Positions 22,194 to 33,728 of a stretch of 34,572 bases of DNA are shown here, piece by piece. Numbering within the stretch: position 1 is the stretch's first letter; every line of letters begins with the position of its first letter. The DNA is taken from the NCBI RefSeq assembly GCF_004010195.1, contig NC_057718.1, forward strand, positions 47,000,627 through 47,035,198, in the 5' to 3' direction. Under the pieces are notes generated by a model. That model ran no database searches, had not been told where the DNA came from, and saw only the letters and a list, made by a program, of their open reading frames with translations. A program made the position numbers and the translations under genes. Origin of the DNA: Chiloscyllium plagiosum. Its lineage: Eukaryota.

Positions 22194-22498
22194 GGGGTGG
22201 CATGGTGGCTCAGTGTTTAGCACTGCTGCCTCACAGTGCTCAGGACCTCGGTTTGATTATAGTCTCGGGTGACTGTGTGGAGTTTGCACATTCTCCCCAT
22301 GTCTGTGTGGGTTTCCTCCCACAATCTAAAGATGTGCAGGTTAGGTGAATTGGCTGTGCTAAATTGCCCATAGCATTCAGTGATGTAGGTTAGGGATAGA
22401 GTAATGGGGCTTGGTCTGGATAGGATACTCTTTGGAGGGTTGGTGTGGACTTGTCGGGCTGAAAGGCCTATTTCCACACTGTAGGGATACTGAAAAAA
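22194..22498 (+). mobile_element. HE1-like V-SINE (older copy) nested in the CR1 LINE
   Basis: ggggtggcatggtggctcagtgtttagcactgctgcctcacag...gtgtggagtttgcacattctcccc...ggcctatttccacactgtagggat. Confidence 0.9.
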
Positions 22499-22547
22499 GG
22501 GCATTGAAGCCAGGAATTTCATTTGAGATGGTGAGGTTCTAGAACAT

Positions 22548-22731
22548 AGCTGAAAATGTGTTGCTGGAAATGTGCAGCAGGTCAGACAGCATCCAAGGAG
22601 CAGGAGAATCAATGTTTCGGGCATGAGCCCTTCTTCATTCCTGAAGAAGGGCTCATGCCCAAAACGTCGATTCTTTCCAGCAACACATTTTCAGCTCTGA
22701 TCTCCAGCATCTGCAGTCCTCACTTTCTCCT
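22548..22731. mobile_element. Fold-back PLE derivative (family A), 14-bp TSD
   Basis: TSD aggttctagaacat at 22534-22547 and 22732-22745. Palindrome centred on gggcatgagcccttcttcattcctgaagaagggctcatgccc; 35-nt unpaired tail. Confidence 0.9.
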
Positions 22732-24657
22732 AGGTTCTAGAACATGTTAAGATTTTTAAAGAGGAATTATTAAATGTTTCAGTGGGCATCAAAATAAATA
22801 AATCCCCAGGACTTGATGAAATGTATCCTGGACTGTGGGAGGCAAGGGATAATACTGCAGGGGCCTGGCAGATATATTTCATTGTTCACTGGCAAAGTGC
22901 CAGATGACTGGAGAATAGCTAACATGGTTCTGTTGTTCAAGAAGGGCAACAGAGATAGGTCAGGCAATTACAAACCAGTTAGTCTGATGTTAGTAGAGAA
23001 ATTATTGGAAAAAATTCTCAGGGACAGGATTAAATAATACTTGAAAAAGCAATGATTGATCATGGATAGTCAGGATGGATTTAGTGAAGGGAGATCCTGT
23101 CTGAAAGATTTGATTGACTTTTTGAAAAGGTGACTCAATATATTGATGAGAGTAGTGCAGTTGATGCGGTTTACATAGACTTCAGTAAGGCCTTTGACAA
23201 GGTACCATGTGGAAGGTTGGTCCAAAAATAAGAACTAAGGGGGTCCAATGCAAGTTGGCAAACTGGATCCAAAATTGACTGGCAAAAAGAAGTCAAAAGG
23301 TGATGGGAGAGGGATATTTTTGTGACTAGCAGTTTACTGCAGATATCAGTGCCAGAACCTTGCTGTTTGTAATGTAAATTAATGACTTGGATGTAAATGT
23401 AGAAGGTATAATTAGTAAGTTTACAGATGACTCAAAAATTGATGCTGTTATTGATAGTGAGGAGGATGGCCTCAGGCTGCAGTCTGTTATTGAGGATAGT
23501 AATTCAGGCAGAGCAATGGCCGATGAAATTCAATCCCAATAAGTGCAAGTTAATGCATTTTTGAGAGGTACAATAAAGGCAAGAGATCATTAGGAAGTAT
23601 GGAGCAATAAAACAATCCTGGTGTACAAGTCCATAGATCACTGAAGGTGTCAGCACAGGTAGATAGATGATGAAGAAGGCATATGCAATGCTTGCCTTCA
23701 TTAGCCAAGGCATAGAATATAGGAACAAGGAATTCTTGATAACATTATAAATTCTGTTAGGCCACAGCTAGAATATTATGTGCAGTTCTGTTACCCACAC
23801 TATCAGAAGGACTTGACGGCACTGGAGAGGTGCAAAGGAGATTCACTGGGGTGTTGCCTGAGATGAAAAGTTTCAGTTGTGAGAAGAGACTGGATAGGCT
23901 GGGTTTGTTTTCCTTGGAGCAGAGGAGGCTGACAAGGGGTTCTGATTGAGATGTACAAAATTATGAGGCATAAACAGAATACATCATGAGAATCTCTTTC
24001 CCATGCAGATATGTCGAAGACCAGAGGGCATAAGCTTAAGATGAGGAGATCTGAGAAAAAAACATTTTCATGCAGAAGGTGGTAGAAGTATGGAATGTGC
24101 TGTCTGAGAGGCTGGTGGAGGTAGGTACTCTTGCAACATTTAAGAAGCATCTGGATGAATATTAAAATGTCAGGGCATAGTAAATTTTGAATTAAGGGCT
24201 TAGTGTGGTTTGCTGTTTGTTGTTCAGCATAGACATGATCAGCTCAAAGGTCTGTTTCAATGTTGTATGACTTTATGACTCTATGAGAAGTACTATGAGA
24301 TTGTAAGTTCAGAATGAGGTGCCAGTGTGCAGAAAGGCAAGACAAAGCAAGGCAGAGGTCCTATAAGCAAGCAAATTGCATCAAAGTGAGTGGGCACTAA
24401 GAGAGCAAGAACACTGAGATGAAGCCTGTTCTGATGAATGAGGTGGGTGCCTGTCGCTATGTGTAAAGTAGCCTAGCAGCAGCATTGTAATATAAGGTGT
24501 CAATGACTCCGAAGTGCACTACTGAAGTGGTAGAATGTAATATAAGTGAGTTGGAAATGTGCCTTGGTAATGTGATGAAGCTGGTGCTTATTTGATTCCA
24601 ACTTTTATGGACAAAGATTGTAGGCGCTTGATGTCCACGGAGCATATCCTGAGATAA

Positions 24658-24990
24658 AATCATAGAGCTGTACAGCATGGAAACTGAACTTTTAGTCCAA
24701 CTAGTCCATGCTGACCAGATATTCTAAATTAATCCAGTTCTATTTGTTGGTATTTGGGTCATATCCTTCCTATCCATATACCCATCCAGATTCCTTTTAA
24801 ATGTTGTAATTGTACCAGCCTCTACCACATCTAACAGCGCATTCCATACACACACCGCTCTTTACGTGAAAAAGTTGTCTCTAGGAGTCCCTTTTATATC
24901 TTTTCTCTCTTACTTTAAGCCTATCCCCTCTAGCTTTGCACTGCTCTACCATGGAAAAAAGACCTTGGCTATTCACCCTATCCATACCCT
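24658..24990 (-). mobile_element. HER1/CR1 LINE 3' end
   Basis: catagagctgtacagcatggaaac..gtccaactagtccatgctgaccagatat (reverse complement of the tail at 12710-12793), extending to ggctattcaccctatccataccc. Confidence 0.85.
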
Positions 24991-25180
24991 GGGGAATTGG
25001 TTTAGCCCAGTTGGCTGGATCACTGGTTTGCAAAGCAGTGTGATGCTAACAGTGTGGGTTCAATTACCGGTTTGAGGTTACCATGAAGGAGTGTCTTTCT
25101 CAACCTCTTCCCTGGTGGCCCTCAGGTTAAATCACCATCAGTTGCTTCTCTCTAATGTGAGAGCAGCCCTACGGTCTCTC
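24991..25180 (+). mobile_element. tRNA-derived SINE (another family)
   Basis: ggtttagcccagttggctgg (A box)...gtgggttcaattacc (B box)...ccctcaggttaaatcaccatcagt. Confidence 0.6.
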
Positions 25181-25956
25181 TCCCTATAGTTTAAACTGAT
25201 GCTGGGGATCTCTGGACAAGATGGCTGCCTAGAGAAGACACCAATGAGCTGCAGTCACTAGCTATCTGATCAGACTTCATGTCAAGAATTGTCACTATCT
25301 ATTTTCATTCCATTTGCTGGGAAAATACCTAATTGTATATGAATCAAGCAAGATTAGGTAAGATTGAGATGTCAGTGACTGATTAATTGGTAATTCAAAA
25401 GTTCTCTCAAATACATACTGTATGTACCATTTTAATAGAAAAATTACAGTATATTCCATTTTTGATTCACTTGGAAATTATGGATTAATACATTATTGGA
25501 TCAGTTTTTTAAAAATAAAATGTTCTCACACAGCAACTTTATCACAAACTGAACCAATTTTTAGTCTTTGCACATGATAGGAAGGTGATTAAATAATGGT
25601 ATCATAGTTGTGCATTCATAACTTATTATTCTACTTCCTCATTTGAGTCTTAGAGAAACTAAACTTTCAGTCAAACCAAATAATGTCAATGAAGCCATAG
25701 AATCAAAAACCTGACAGCAGAAGATAATAAAGTCTTCACATGGGAAGATAGCTGTTGAAATAAAGACAATTATTTACAATGAAAATGCAGCATTTTTGGA
25801 TGCACAAACTGTTGTGAACGTCTCTTCCTATTCTGAAAATAGAAATGCAAACTTCAGCACTAATAAGGTCAGCAAAACTTCTAATATTTTCCTTAAAATG
25901 CTCAAGGTCACCTTCAGAAAAATAGAACTGAAAAGTTGAACTGGATGAACTGTAAC

Positions 25957-26052
25957 GATTTGAGAGGCAGCTCACCATCCCTTTTCGAGGGCAATTAGGG
26001 ATGGGCCCCAGACGCCGGCCTTGCCTGCGACAACCACATCTCAAAATAAATT
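25957..26052 (+). mobile_element. 3' tail of the second CR1/L2-group LINE
   Basis: ggcagctcaccatcccttttcgagggcaattagggatgggc...ggccttgcctgcgacaaccacatc..aataaa; tail shared with the SINE at 3632 and 4740. Confidence 0.75.
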
Positions 26053-26379
26053 TAATAACTCAGTAACTTACATTATACATTTCATCGCAACAGACAATGA
26101 AGTCAGATTTGACATCACAAACAGATAGTACACATCAGTGCTCCATTATTGTGTTTAATATCGAAGGTTTTTTTTAACATGGCAAAGTGATTCCTCACAG
26201 GGAAGTAAATAATCTTTTTCTTATGATATGTTCTTTGCCCAAAGGCAGATGTGACCCATAGTACCATGATCTCCACCACGGGTAGGGTAAGGAGGCAGGG
26301 CCAAATCTCTCCTAGTCGGAACAGGGATAAATCCTCAATCCAACTGAGCCAACCAGTATCGCACCGCCAAGGAATCTGA

Positions 26380-26393
26380 GTTGCTATGGCAAC
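26380..26393. promoter_or_regulatory. RFX X-box-like palindrome
   Basis: GTTGCTATGGCAAC is a 13/14 match to the GTTGCCATGGCAAC consensus. Motif match only. Confidence 0.35.
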
Positions 26394-27419
26394 ATACATC
26401 TTTATATACATGTTGTAACCTGGAACACTGGATAGCAATGGTAGAGGCTCCAATTTCTTTCCATCACATGGCTGATCACGAATCTCTCCTGCTCTGAGGT
26501 AAATAATAAATAATTTAAAATCCTATCAGATAAGTTACTCCAAGCCAGAATTCACTGGGGAAGAACATTGTTAAGTGGAAGAGGGGGAAGATAATGCGCA
26601 AAGATTCAGACAGTAGTTGTTGGAGATATTAAAATTACACAATTTGCAACCAAATTGAAAAATATCCTTTATAAGAGTGTCTGAACTTCAATATACAAAA
26701 ATATGCTGTCAAATGGTTTTAATTAATTTACCGGTTATCATAACATTTAATCAAGGGTGAAATATAATAACAAATTCTTCCAGCTCCTAAGTATAAAGAT
26801 ATAAAATCTAAGTGGAATTCAGTATTTTTGCCTTATCCTGAAATACACAAGAGGCTTCAAATTTGGCTCCAAAGAGGTCCTCCAAGTGGAACATACAACA
26901 TACCTAGCCACTTGCTGTGAGGCCCACACAATGCCCCTTGCTGGGAAGGTCTACTGGCCATGTTGGGACTCCAAATAACCATTCAGTTTATGCAGATATT
27001 TCCAATTGGGACCTCACAAACTCATTTATGTATTCACTTGTCACTCAATAAAGAAATATGTGCTACTGCAAGAGGGACCTCCCACTATGGCTATTTAAAG
27101 GCCTGACCTTTGGGTAGATGGAGATATGGATCAGAGGCAACAGCGTGGGACACTCTGCACAAAGGGAAAAGAGGAAAATACCGGGAGGAAACAATTCAGC
27201 CACTTTCATCTGACCAGGCTACCTGAAAGCACTTACATAGACTTCGATTCCCAATTAGGATAGCATCCTTTCACCACAATTATTCTGTTATATCTATCTC
27301 CTGTTCATCTGCAGTAAACTATTACAGCATTCTCTTCATATGAACAAAAAAACTTTGTCATGACAGCTTTAACAAACAACATATCCATACATGTAAGCAT
27401 AAATGAACTCATTATCGTA

Positions 27420-28385
27420 ATGTCTGTCATACAGTTGTCCTCGTCTGCTCTGATCCCCTAAAACGATGTTACCTCAGTGGCTGTAACATGCCTATTGGAA
27501 GGCTACTGAATTTCACTGGTCTTGCAGGACACCTTTGATCAGCTTTTGGCCTGGGACTGTGCTACTTCAGTGGCAGAATTCTGTACTAGCTGGCTGATAG
27601 GCAACAGCAAGGGCATTGACAGAGTGGCAGGAGCATGAATGCTGTCAGCCTGAGAAAGGATGTGTCCATGGTATAATGCTGCTCAGGCTTTGTCTGACAA
27701 GACAGTGGAGACTGCTAATGACTGTGTTGCACAGTGTCTGGTTGATGTGCCTGTCACAGCTGAGTAGCTGGAGGTATTTGGAAGCAGGAGGATCTGTTTA
27801 TGTATGTATCATGGCAAGGAGAAAGTGAGGACTGCAGATGCTGGAGATCAGATTTGAGAGTGGGGTGCTGGAAAAGCACAGCAGGTCAGGCAGCATTTGA
27901 GAAGGAGAATTGATGTTTCAGGCATAAGCCCTTCATTCCTGATGAAAGGCTTATGCCTGAAATGACAATTCTCTTGCTCCTTGGATGCTGCCTGACCTTT
28001 TGTGCTTTTCCAGCACCACAGTCTTGACTGTATCATGGCAAGGTGGAGTATCAGATGTTAGGTGTAAGTCCTGAATTTAGGGAATACTAATGGGTGAGTG
28101 ATTATTTGATCAAAGGAGCCTTAACCATCATGAAGGACTGGTGATAGAGTTGACAGCAAATATCCTTCAAAGGTGCACTTTGACTTTGACCACTCATGTC
28201 AAGCCAAGGAATTTCTCACATTACTGTTCCCAGGTCCTCCAGGTATTGGCTGGCTGCATCCAGTCCCTGCTGATGGTTTTCCGTGAGGAAATTGTGTCTG
28301 CCATGCAGGAACATCACCCCTTTCCTTCTGTTAATCTCCACCATTAGGACCTCCAGTGAACATCAATGAAGTACTCTCTCTATTC
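27420..28385 (-). pseudogene. Harbinger-type Myb/SANT ORF relic, interrupted by a PLE insertion
   Basis: 28170-28380 minus: F.D..LEVLMVEINRRKGVMF...RDWMQ....RTWEQ*CEKF..LT*VVKV. 27420-27800 resembles the low-complexity C-terminal region of such elements (weaker). Confidence 0.6.
27820..28028. mobile_element. Fold-back PLE derivative (family A), 15-bp TSD
   Basis: TSD tgtatcatggcaagg at 27805-27819 and 28029-28043. Palindrome centred on tttcaggcataagcccttcattcctgatgaaaggcttatgcctgaaa. Confidence 0.9.
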
Positions 28386-28736
28386 CTGATTCCATTTGAG
28401 ACTCCTACGCACAACATGGGCCAGAACTGGCAATCTGCAGGTTGACCTCCCTTTCACTAAGTGGAAGTCCTGTTTAAGAGGGACAGGCTTTCTTTGAGGG
28501 CAATAGGTGACTGCATGCACTACGTGCTATCAGTGCAAGCTGCTCACCTCCAAGCAGGCACCAATACAAGCTCTGTACAAGCCAACATTAAAATCAAATG
28601 AAGAGATAGTACCAGGTTTGCATGCTTTCTACTGAAGATTATAAATTGCAACACTCATGGCTGCAAATGGTCCAAAATTAAAAAACTAAAAAACAAATTT
28701 GTTCAAATTTGTAATGCATATATCATTTAATTAATA

Positions 28737-28798
28737 GAAAGGAAGGTTGCATGGAAGGAGGAAGGAAGGATGGGAGGAAGGGAGGAAAGAAAGGAGAG
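28737..28798 (+). repeat. Purine-rich (GGAA)-like low-complexity tract
   Basis: ggaaggaggaaggaaggatgggaggaagggaggaaagaaaggagag. Confidence 0.7.
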
Positions 28799-28914
28799 TG
28801 TAAGGCAAAAAAGAAAATCATAGCACATAATTTCAGCTCAGCAGATGCACACAAATAGCAATTTAAAGTGACCAGGTCAATTGTTGCTCTTTTGTGGTGT
28901 AGCTTGAAGAATAA

Positions 28915-29095
28915 TATAAGCCAGGATATTGGAAATAGCTCATCTGTACTCCTTCAAAATAATATCTTGCCATCTCTTACATCAATCTGCATTAGCAGAA
29001 GGAATTCTAATTTTACATTTCATATGAAAGATAGCACCTCTTTACATGTTGCAGTGGTGCGTCAGAGGTAATTTTGTTCAATTTTCTTTGAGTTC
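28915..29095 (-). mobile_element. Ancient DeuSINE-like (SacSINE1/AmnSINE1-related) fragment
   Basis: gccaggata...ctgtactccttcaaaata...atctcttacatcaatctg..gcaga...catttcatatgaaagatagcacctc resembles the reverse-complemented Deu domain (ctgctcttcttcgaaatagt..atcttttacgtccacctg..tctcatccgaaagacggcacctc). Recalled from memory and heavily diverged. Confidence 0.5.
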
Positions 29096-29648
29096 AATGC
29101 ATGTCATTGAAATTGTCATTTATCTACCTGATGGCATGGATCCAACATCAGTTAATGTAAATCAGTAGATAGAGATAAGTTGTATGGTTATTGTATGCTC
29201 ATGCAAACTTGATGCTTGCATTACTGGTGTGCATGCTTCTGAATTTATTGAATGTGCAGCAGCACTGAATTTTAAAGATAGCCAGAATATATATGCACAG
29301 CATGAGAAAAATCTGATCAGCCTATAGAGGTGGTTTTCGAGGTTAAGAGATCAAGAAACTTTTGACAGGTGAGTATTTAGTTTGGTGTTTTCCTGCCTTC
29401 AACCATCAGTGGCTATATGAGTGGGGCTCTGAATTGACAGCACTTGCTGAACAATCTTGAATATGCCTTATATATGAATATACCAAAAAACAATTTAAGA
29501 TAATCAACTGAGCTTAAACTGAGTTTTATTTATGCTTGTTAGGATTGACATATCCAGGAACATGGAATATTGTGCCTTTTTTGAATTACCCATGATGTTG
29601 GAGTGCCTACAATACCTGTTGCTAGCTGCGTAATGATGTTTTAAAAAA

Positions 29649-29958
29649 TTATTTCACAGGATGAGGGCATTGCTGGCTAGTTTGATAATCAACCACATTG
29701 CTATGTTTCTGGAATCATACGTAGTCCAAGCCAGGTAAGGATGGCAGTTTCTTTGCCTACATGACCTTAGTGATCCAGATGGGTTTTTATGGCAATTGAC
29801 ATTGGATTCATAGTCATTCTTAGACTTTTAATTCCAGGTTTTCATTGAATTCAAACTTCACCATCTACCATGACAGGTTTCGATCCTGGGTCCCCAGAAT
29901 ATTACCTAGGCGTATGGATCAACAGTCCAGTGATAATACCATGAGCCCATTGCCTCCC
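29649..29958 (-). mobile_element. tRNA-derived SINE with LINE-derived tail, near full length
   Basis: Reverse complement gggaggcaatgggctcatggtattatcactgg...ccaggatcgaaacctgtcatggtagatggtgaagtttgaattcaat...ccttacctgg...gcaatgtggttga...gccagcaatgccctcatcctgtgaa. Confidence 0.8.
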
Positions 29959-30954
29959 TGATGTTTCAGACAGCAGAGTCACTTTACCAAATAATCAGCA
30001 TTCTTTTCTCTTGTAGCATAACCTGTTGTGATCATTTAAAATTTGGCATTCTTGTGCTTGTCCTGATGAGTGAAAGACAAAAAGCCTTTGTTATTTTTAA
30101 AACAAGAGATACAGTGTGTGTGTATATATATATGTTTACAATAATGAAGTATATAAATACAACAGTGAAATAGGACACAAAGGAACTAGCTGTAGCTAAC
30201 CTATTTTTGCAAACATTCATACTTTTAAAATAGTCATGCAAATATGTAATTTTAGCTAATTTACAAGATTGTTATGTTTTGGGACTGTCTTTTTTTGGGT
30301 AAAATGGAAGAATGAGGCAGTAGCATGTTCTACCTATCAGTAAGCTTGTGTACAAAGTTGGTAAAGGTTAAAGGCAGGGTGTTGTAATGGGAGGAGCAAG
30401 TAATTTGGAAGAAGGTCCAAGATATTCCCACCTGCTAACACTGACAGGAGCTTTTGTGCTGGCTTTGGGTAGATTGCTAACCTTCAAGTCTCAAAGGGAG
30501 GTGTTAGAAATGGCAGGTTTTACAAAGGTTATACTTTAAATTGTTAACATACTTCGAAAAGAGAATAAAATTGGAGATCTAGAGGAGAACTAATTAGCAT
30601 TTGTACACAGAGGCAAGGACCACATGATTCGCATTGCCATAGCAATGGATTTTGAGAGTCTGTAGGAAACTGTTGTAACATTGGCTTACGGGCTTTCCTA
30701 CAATATCACAACCTGATGGAAACAAGTTAGTACACAACAATTAGAGAGATAGAGCAGGGAGATACTTTTTGCACAGAATGTGAGTAAGAGCTTGAAATGA
30801 AGAGACTAACCATGTGAGAATTTAAACGTGACTGGAAGGTTCACCTAGCTTTGGCTAGAGGGAGGAGCCTCTGGGCTAACCCACACTGTGAAGTCAGTTT
30901 GGAGATTAGAAGTTATCCAGCTGGAAAAGGAAGCAAGTTGAGAATACCCTCTTT

Positions 30955-31800
30955 TTTAATTCCTCCATGGGTTGTGAATGTTGCTGTTTTTTGCCCAGCC
31001 CTGATTGCCCTAAAGAAGATAATGGTGAGTTGCAGCAGTCTATGTGCTGTAGGTACAACCACATAGGAAGGGAGCTCTTGGAGTTTGACACAGTGACAAT
31101 AAAGAGACATTTGGAATATTTCCAGCTCAGGATGGTGGGAAACTTGCAGATGCAGGTAACACCAGCATCTGCTAAGCTTGTAAATGTAGGTCATAGAAGT
31201 CACTGGCTTACAAAGTGCTTTTGGAGGTGCCTTAGAGAATTTTTGCAATGCATCTTGTAGATGGTAAATGTTTCTATCAGTATTCATCAGTGGTGAAGGA
31301 AGTGAATATTTGAGGTATGCCAATCAGTAGGCTGCTTTGTCCTGAAAGGTATCAAACATCGTGTGTTTTCTTGGAACTGCACTCGTTCAGGCAATTGGAG
31401 AGTACACCATTGCCCTCCTGAGTTTTGCCTTGAAGTTGGAAGACACGAGGTGAGTTACTCACCACAGAAATCCCAGCCCCTGACTTGTTCTTGTGGCCAC
31501 AATATTCATATGCTTAACCAGTCTGGTTTCCAGTCAATGGTAACCCCCAGATTGTTAATGGGGGGGGGCATTGCATCATTGACTTTATGGGGACAATGGT
31601 TCAATTCTCTCCTGTTTGGGATAGTTATTCTTGGGCCATATCAGCTCAAGCCTGGATGTTGTCCAAGTCTTGCATATGGTTATAGACTGCTTTAATATCT
31701 GAGGAGTCACAATTGGTGCTAAACATTGATCAATCATGAGTGAACATCTCCAGTTAAGACCTTATGATAGAGGGAAGGTTATTGATGAAGCAGCTGAAAT
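30955..31800 (-). mobile_element. 3' portion of the second CR1/L2-group LINE
   Basis: Begins with the tail (ttttttaattcctccatgggttgtgaatgttgctg..tgcccagccctgattgccc.aagaag), includes YSPIA* and HLQDALQ motifs, and ends in an FADD-region homologue (gtgaacatctccagtt..cttatgatagagggaagg). Confidence 0.8.
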
Positions 31801-32382
31801 AGTTAATTTTAAAAGGTCACAGTAAAGTTAAATGTATTGGGGTATTTTCAATTGTTTTGAAAGCTCACTTCTATAATTTAGGGTATATATTGTCTGCTGA
31901 ATAGCATTTATACAATGTGCGTTTATTATAGTGAAGTCTTAAAACTATGAATCTTTATGTAATTGTTCCAGTCAGTCACTACAAATGCAATATGTTTGGA
32001 CTCTATGGGGGTTATAACACCAGGTTGCACAAAGTAAGTCACTATCTCCTGTCACTTTGACCTTCGAATTCACAAACTTGGCAATCTCCTCCAAGGAACT
32101 ATCAATGACTACACCTTGGGGGAGGCAGGTCCCAGGGACTGGCAGGGTCAAATCAAACCAGTAGTGGCTGAAACCTTCTCTGTTAGTACACACTTATTGC
32201 TGCATCCTAGGACGAAGTGTAGACAGCCTTTCTTTTATTTACTTTTTGTCTCCTACCTTTCTTAATGGTAGTGAAGTAGCTGGAACATAGTTCCATTGAC
32301 AGTAGCCAGCTATTGAGCAACAAACCAAAGTTAGTTAAAACTCAGGACTAACCTCATCTGTTGTGATAAAATTATTTCCTTG

Positions 32383-32770
32383 TAAATGAAGTCGCAGGTA
32401 GACAGGATGGTGAAGAAGGCATTCGGTATGCTTGCCTTTATTGGTCAGTGCACTGAGTATAGGAGTTGGGAGGTCATGTTGTGGCTGTACGGGACATTGG
32501 TTGAGGCCACTTTTGGAATACTGCATGTACTTTTGGTCTCCCTGCTATAGGAATGATGTTGTGAAACTTGAAAGAGTTCAGAAAAGATTTACAAAGATAC
32601 TTCCAAGGTTGGAGGGTTTGAGCTGTAAGGATAGGCTGAATAGTCTGGGGCTATTTTCCGGAACATCAGAGACTGAGGAGTGACCTTATAGAAGTTTATA
32701 AAATCATGAGGGGCATGGATAGGGTAAATAGCCAAGGTCTTTTCCTGCAGGGTAGCACAGTCCAAAACTG
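32383..32770 (+). mobile_element. HER1/CR1 LINE RT C-terminal fragment
   Basis: SQVDRMVKKAFGMLAFIGQ..; LRPLLEYCMYFWSPCYRNDVVKLERVQKRFTKILPRLEGLS (ORF 32432-32683). Confidence 0.9.
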
Positions 32771-33199
32771 GTTCACAGAGGAGTTGGAGGTGAGGGATCA
32801 GAAAACTTTGTGGTGAGAGGGATTTTCAAGTCCTTTCGATCAGCTTGAGCAGTATCTTGAGGCCTTGCCACAGGACAATTCAATATCCAGAGACAGACTT
32901 CATATCTTTTATAAATTACAATTCTTTATATCTTTTGTGAGTTTTAAGACCTGTGTACGTGGTGCTACAGTGTTTGAGAGTGCTGCAGATGATATAGATT
33001 ATCTTTGTGCTTATGAGGGAGATTCAAACTCTGTCACAGAATCTTACAAGCCAGTTATCAAGTGATAACTAATATCTTATATTTTGAAATGTAAAATACC
33101 CTGAGGTTTACTAAGGCTTGGTACCTTGAGGTTCTGCTTTTCAGAGTGCTTCTGATATCTTTTACAATACGAGTTATCTGGGACTATCATAATGTGTCC

Positions 33200-33728
33200 C
33201 TTTTTTATTCACTTGTGGGACGTGGGTATCACTGGCTGGTGCTGAACATTGTGCAATCACTGGCAACATCTCCACCTTATGATCAAGAGAAGATCATTGA
33301 TGAAGCAGAATAAAATGGTTGGGTCGAGGAAATTATCTTTAGAAACACCTGTAGAGATGTCTTGAAGCTGAGATGACTTGCCTCCAACAACAATGACCAT
33401 CTTCCTTCCTCTGTTCCAGATATGTTTCCACCCAACTAAGAGTTTGCACCCATTCCCGTTGATTCCAGTTTTGCTGGGCTACTTGATGCAATACTTCATC
33501 GAATGCAACCTTAATGCTGTCACTCTCACCTCACTTCTACTATTCAATACTTTTGTCCATGCTTGAACCAAAGATGTAATGAAGTCAGGAGCTGAGTGAC
33601 CCTGGCAAAACCCAAACTGGGTATCACTGGGCAGTTTATTGCTGAGCAGATGATGCTTGATACCACTGTTGATAACACTTCCATCATTTCAGATTGAGAG
33701 TAGACTGTTGGGGTGGTAATTGGCTGTA
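33200..33728 (-). mobile_element. Second CR1/L2-group LINE fragment with a large internal deletion, interrupted by a PLE
   Basis: The tail ttttttattcacttgtgggacgtgggtatcactggctgg joins directly to RT sequence homologous to 17700-18185. Confidence 0.8.

Larger units (their letters stand above)
21090..24285 (+). mobile_element. Long decayed CR1/HER1-type LINE with internal deletions and two nested insertions
   Basis: ORF1 N-terminus (MAIQLNLVEC..DHVCK..VQLQLL..SELVTPQ) is fused to the endonuclease (SSNEAILVELRNNKG..RDFNF..GNSDH), followed by RT (KSPGLDEMYP; GKVPDDWRIANMVLLFKKG..NYKPVSL; DAVYIDFSKAFDKVP; SKFTDD) and a 3' tail tatgactttatgactctatga. Confidence 0.92.

Noticed and set aside
24300..24655. 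Possible additional Harbinger remnant (also 19250-19640 and 20200-21000)
   Set aside because: Only faint resemblance, with no collinear motifs to support a call.
25736..25950. Open frames on both strands in unique sequence
   Set aside because: No motif recognised and ambiguous splice signals.
31972..32290. Overlapping open frames of 70-80 codons
   Set aside because: No homology recognised; the length is within chance expectation.
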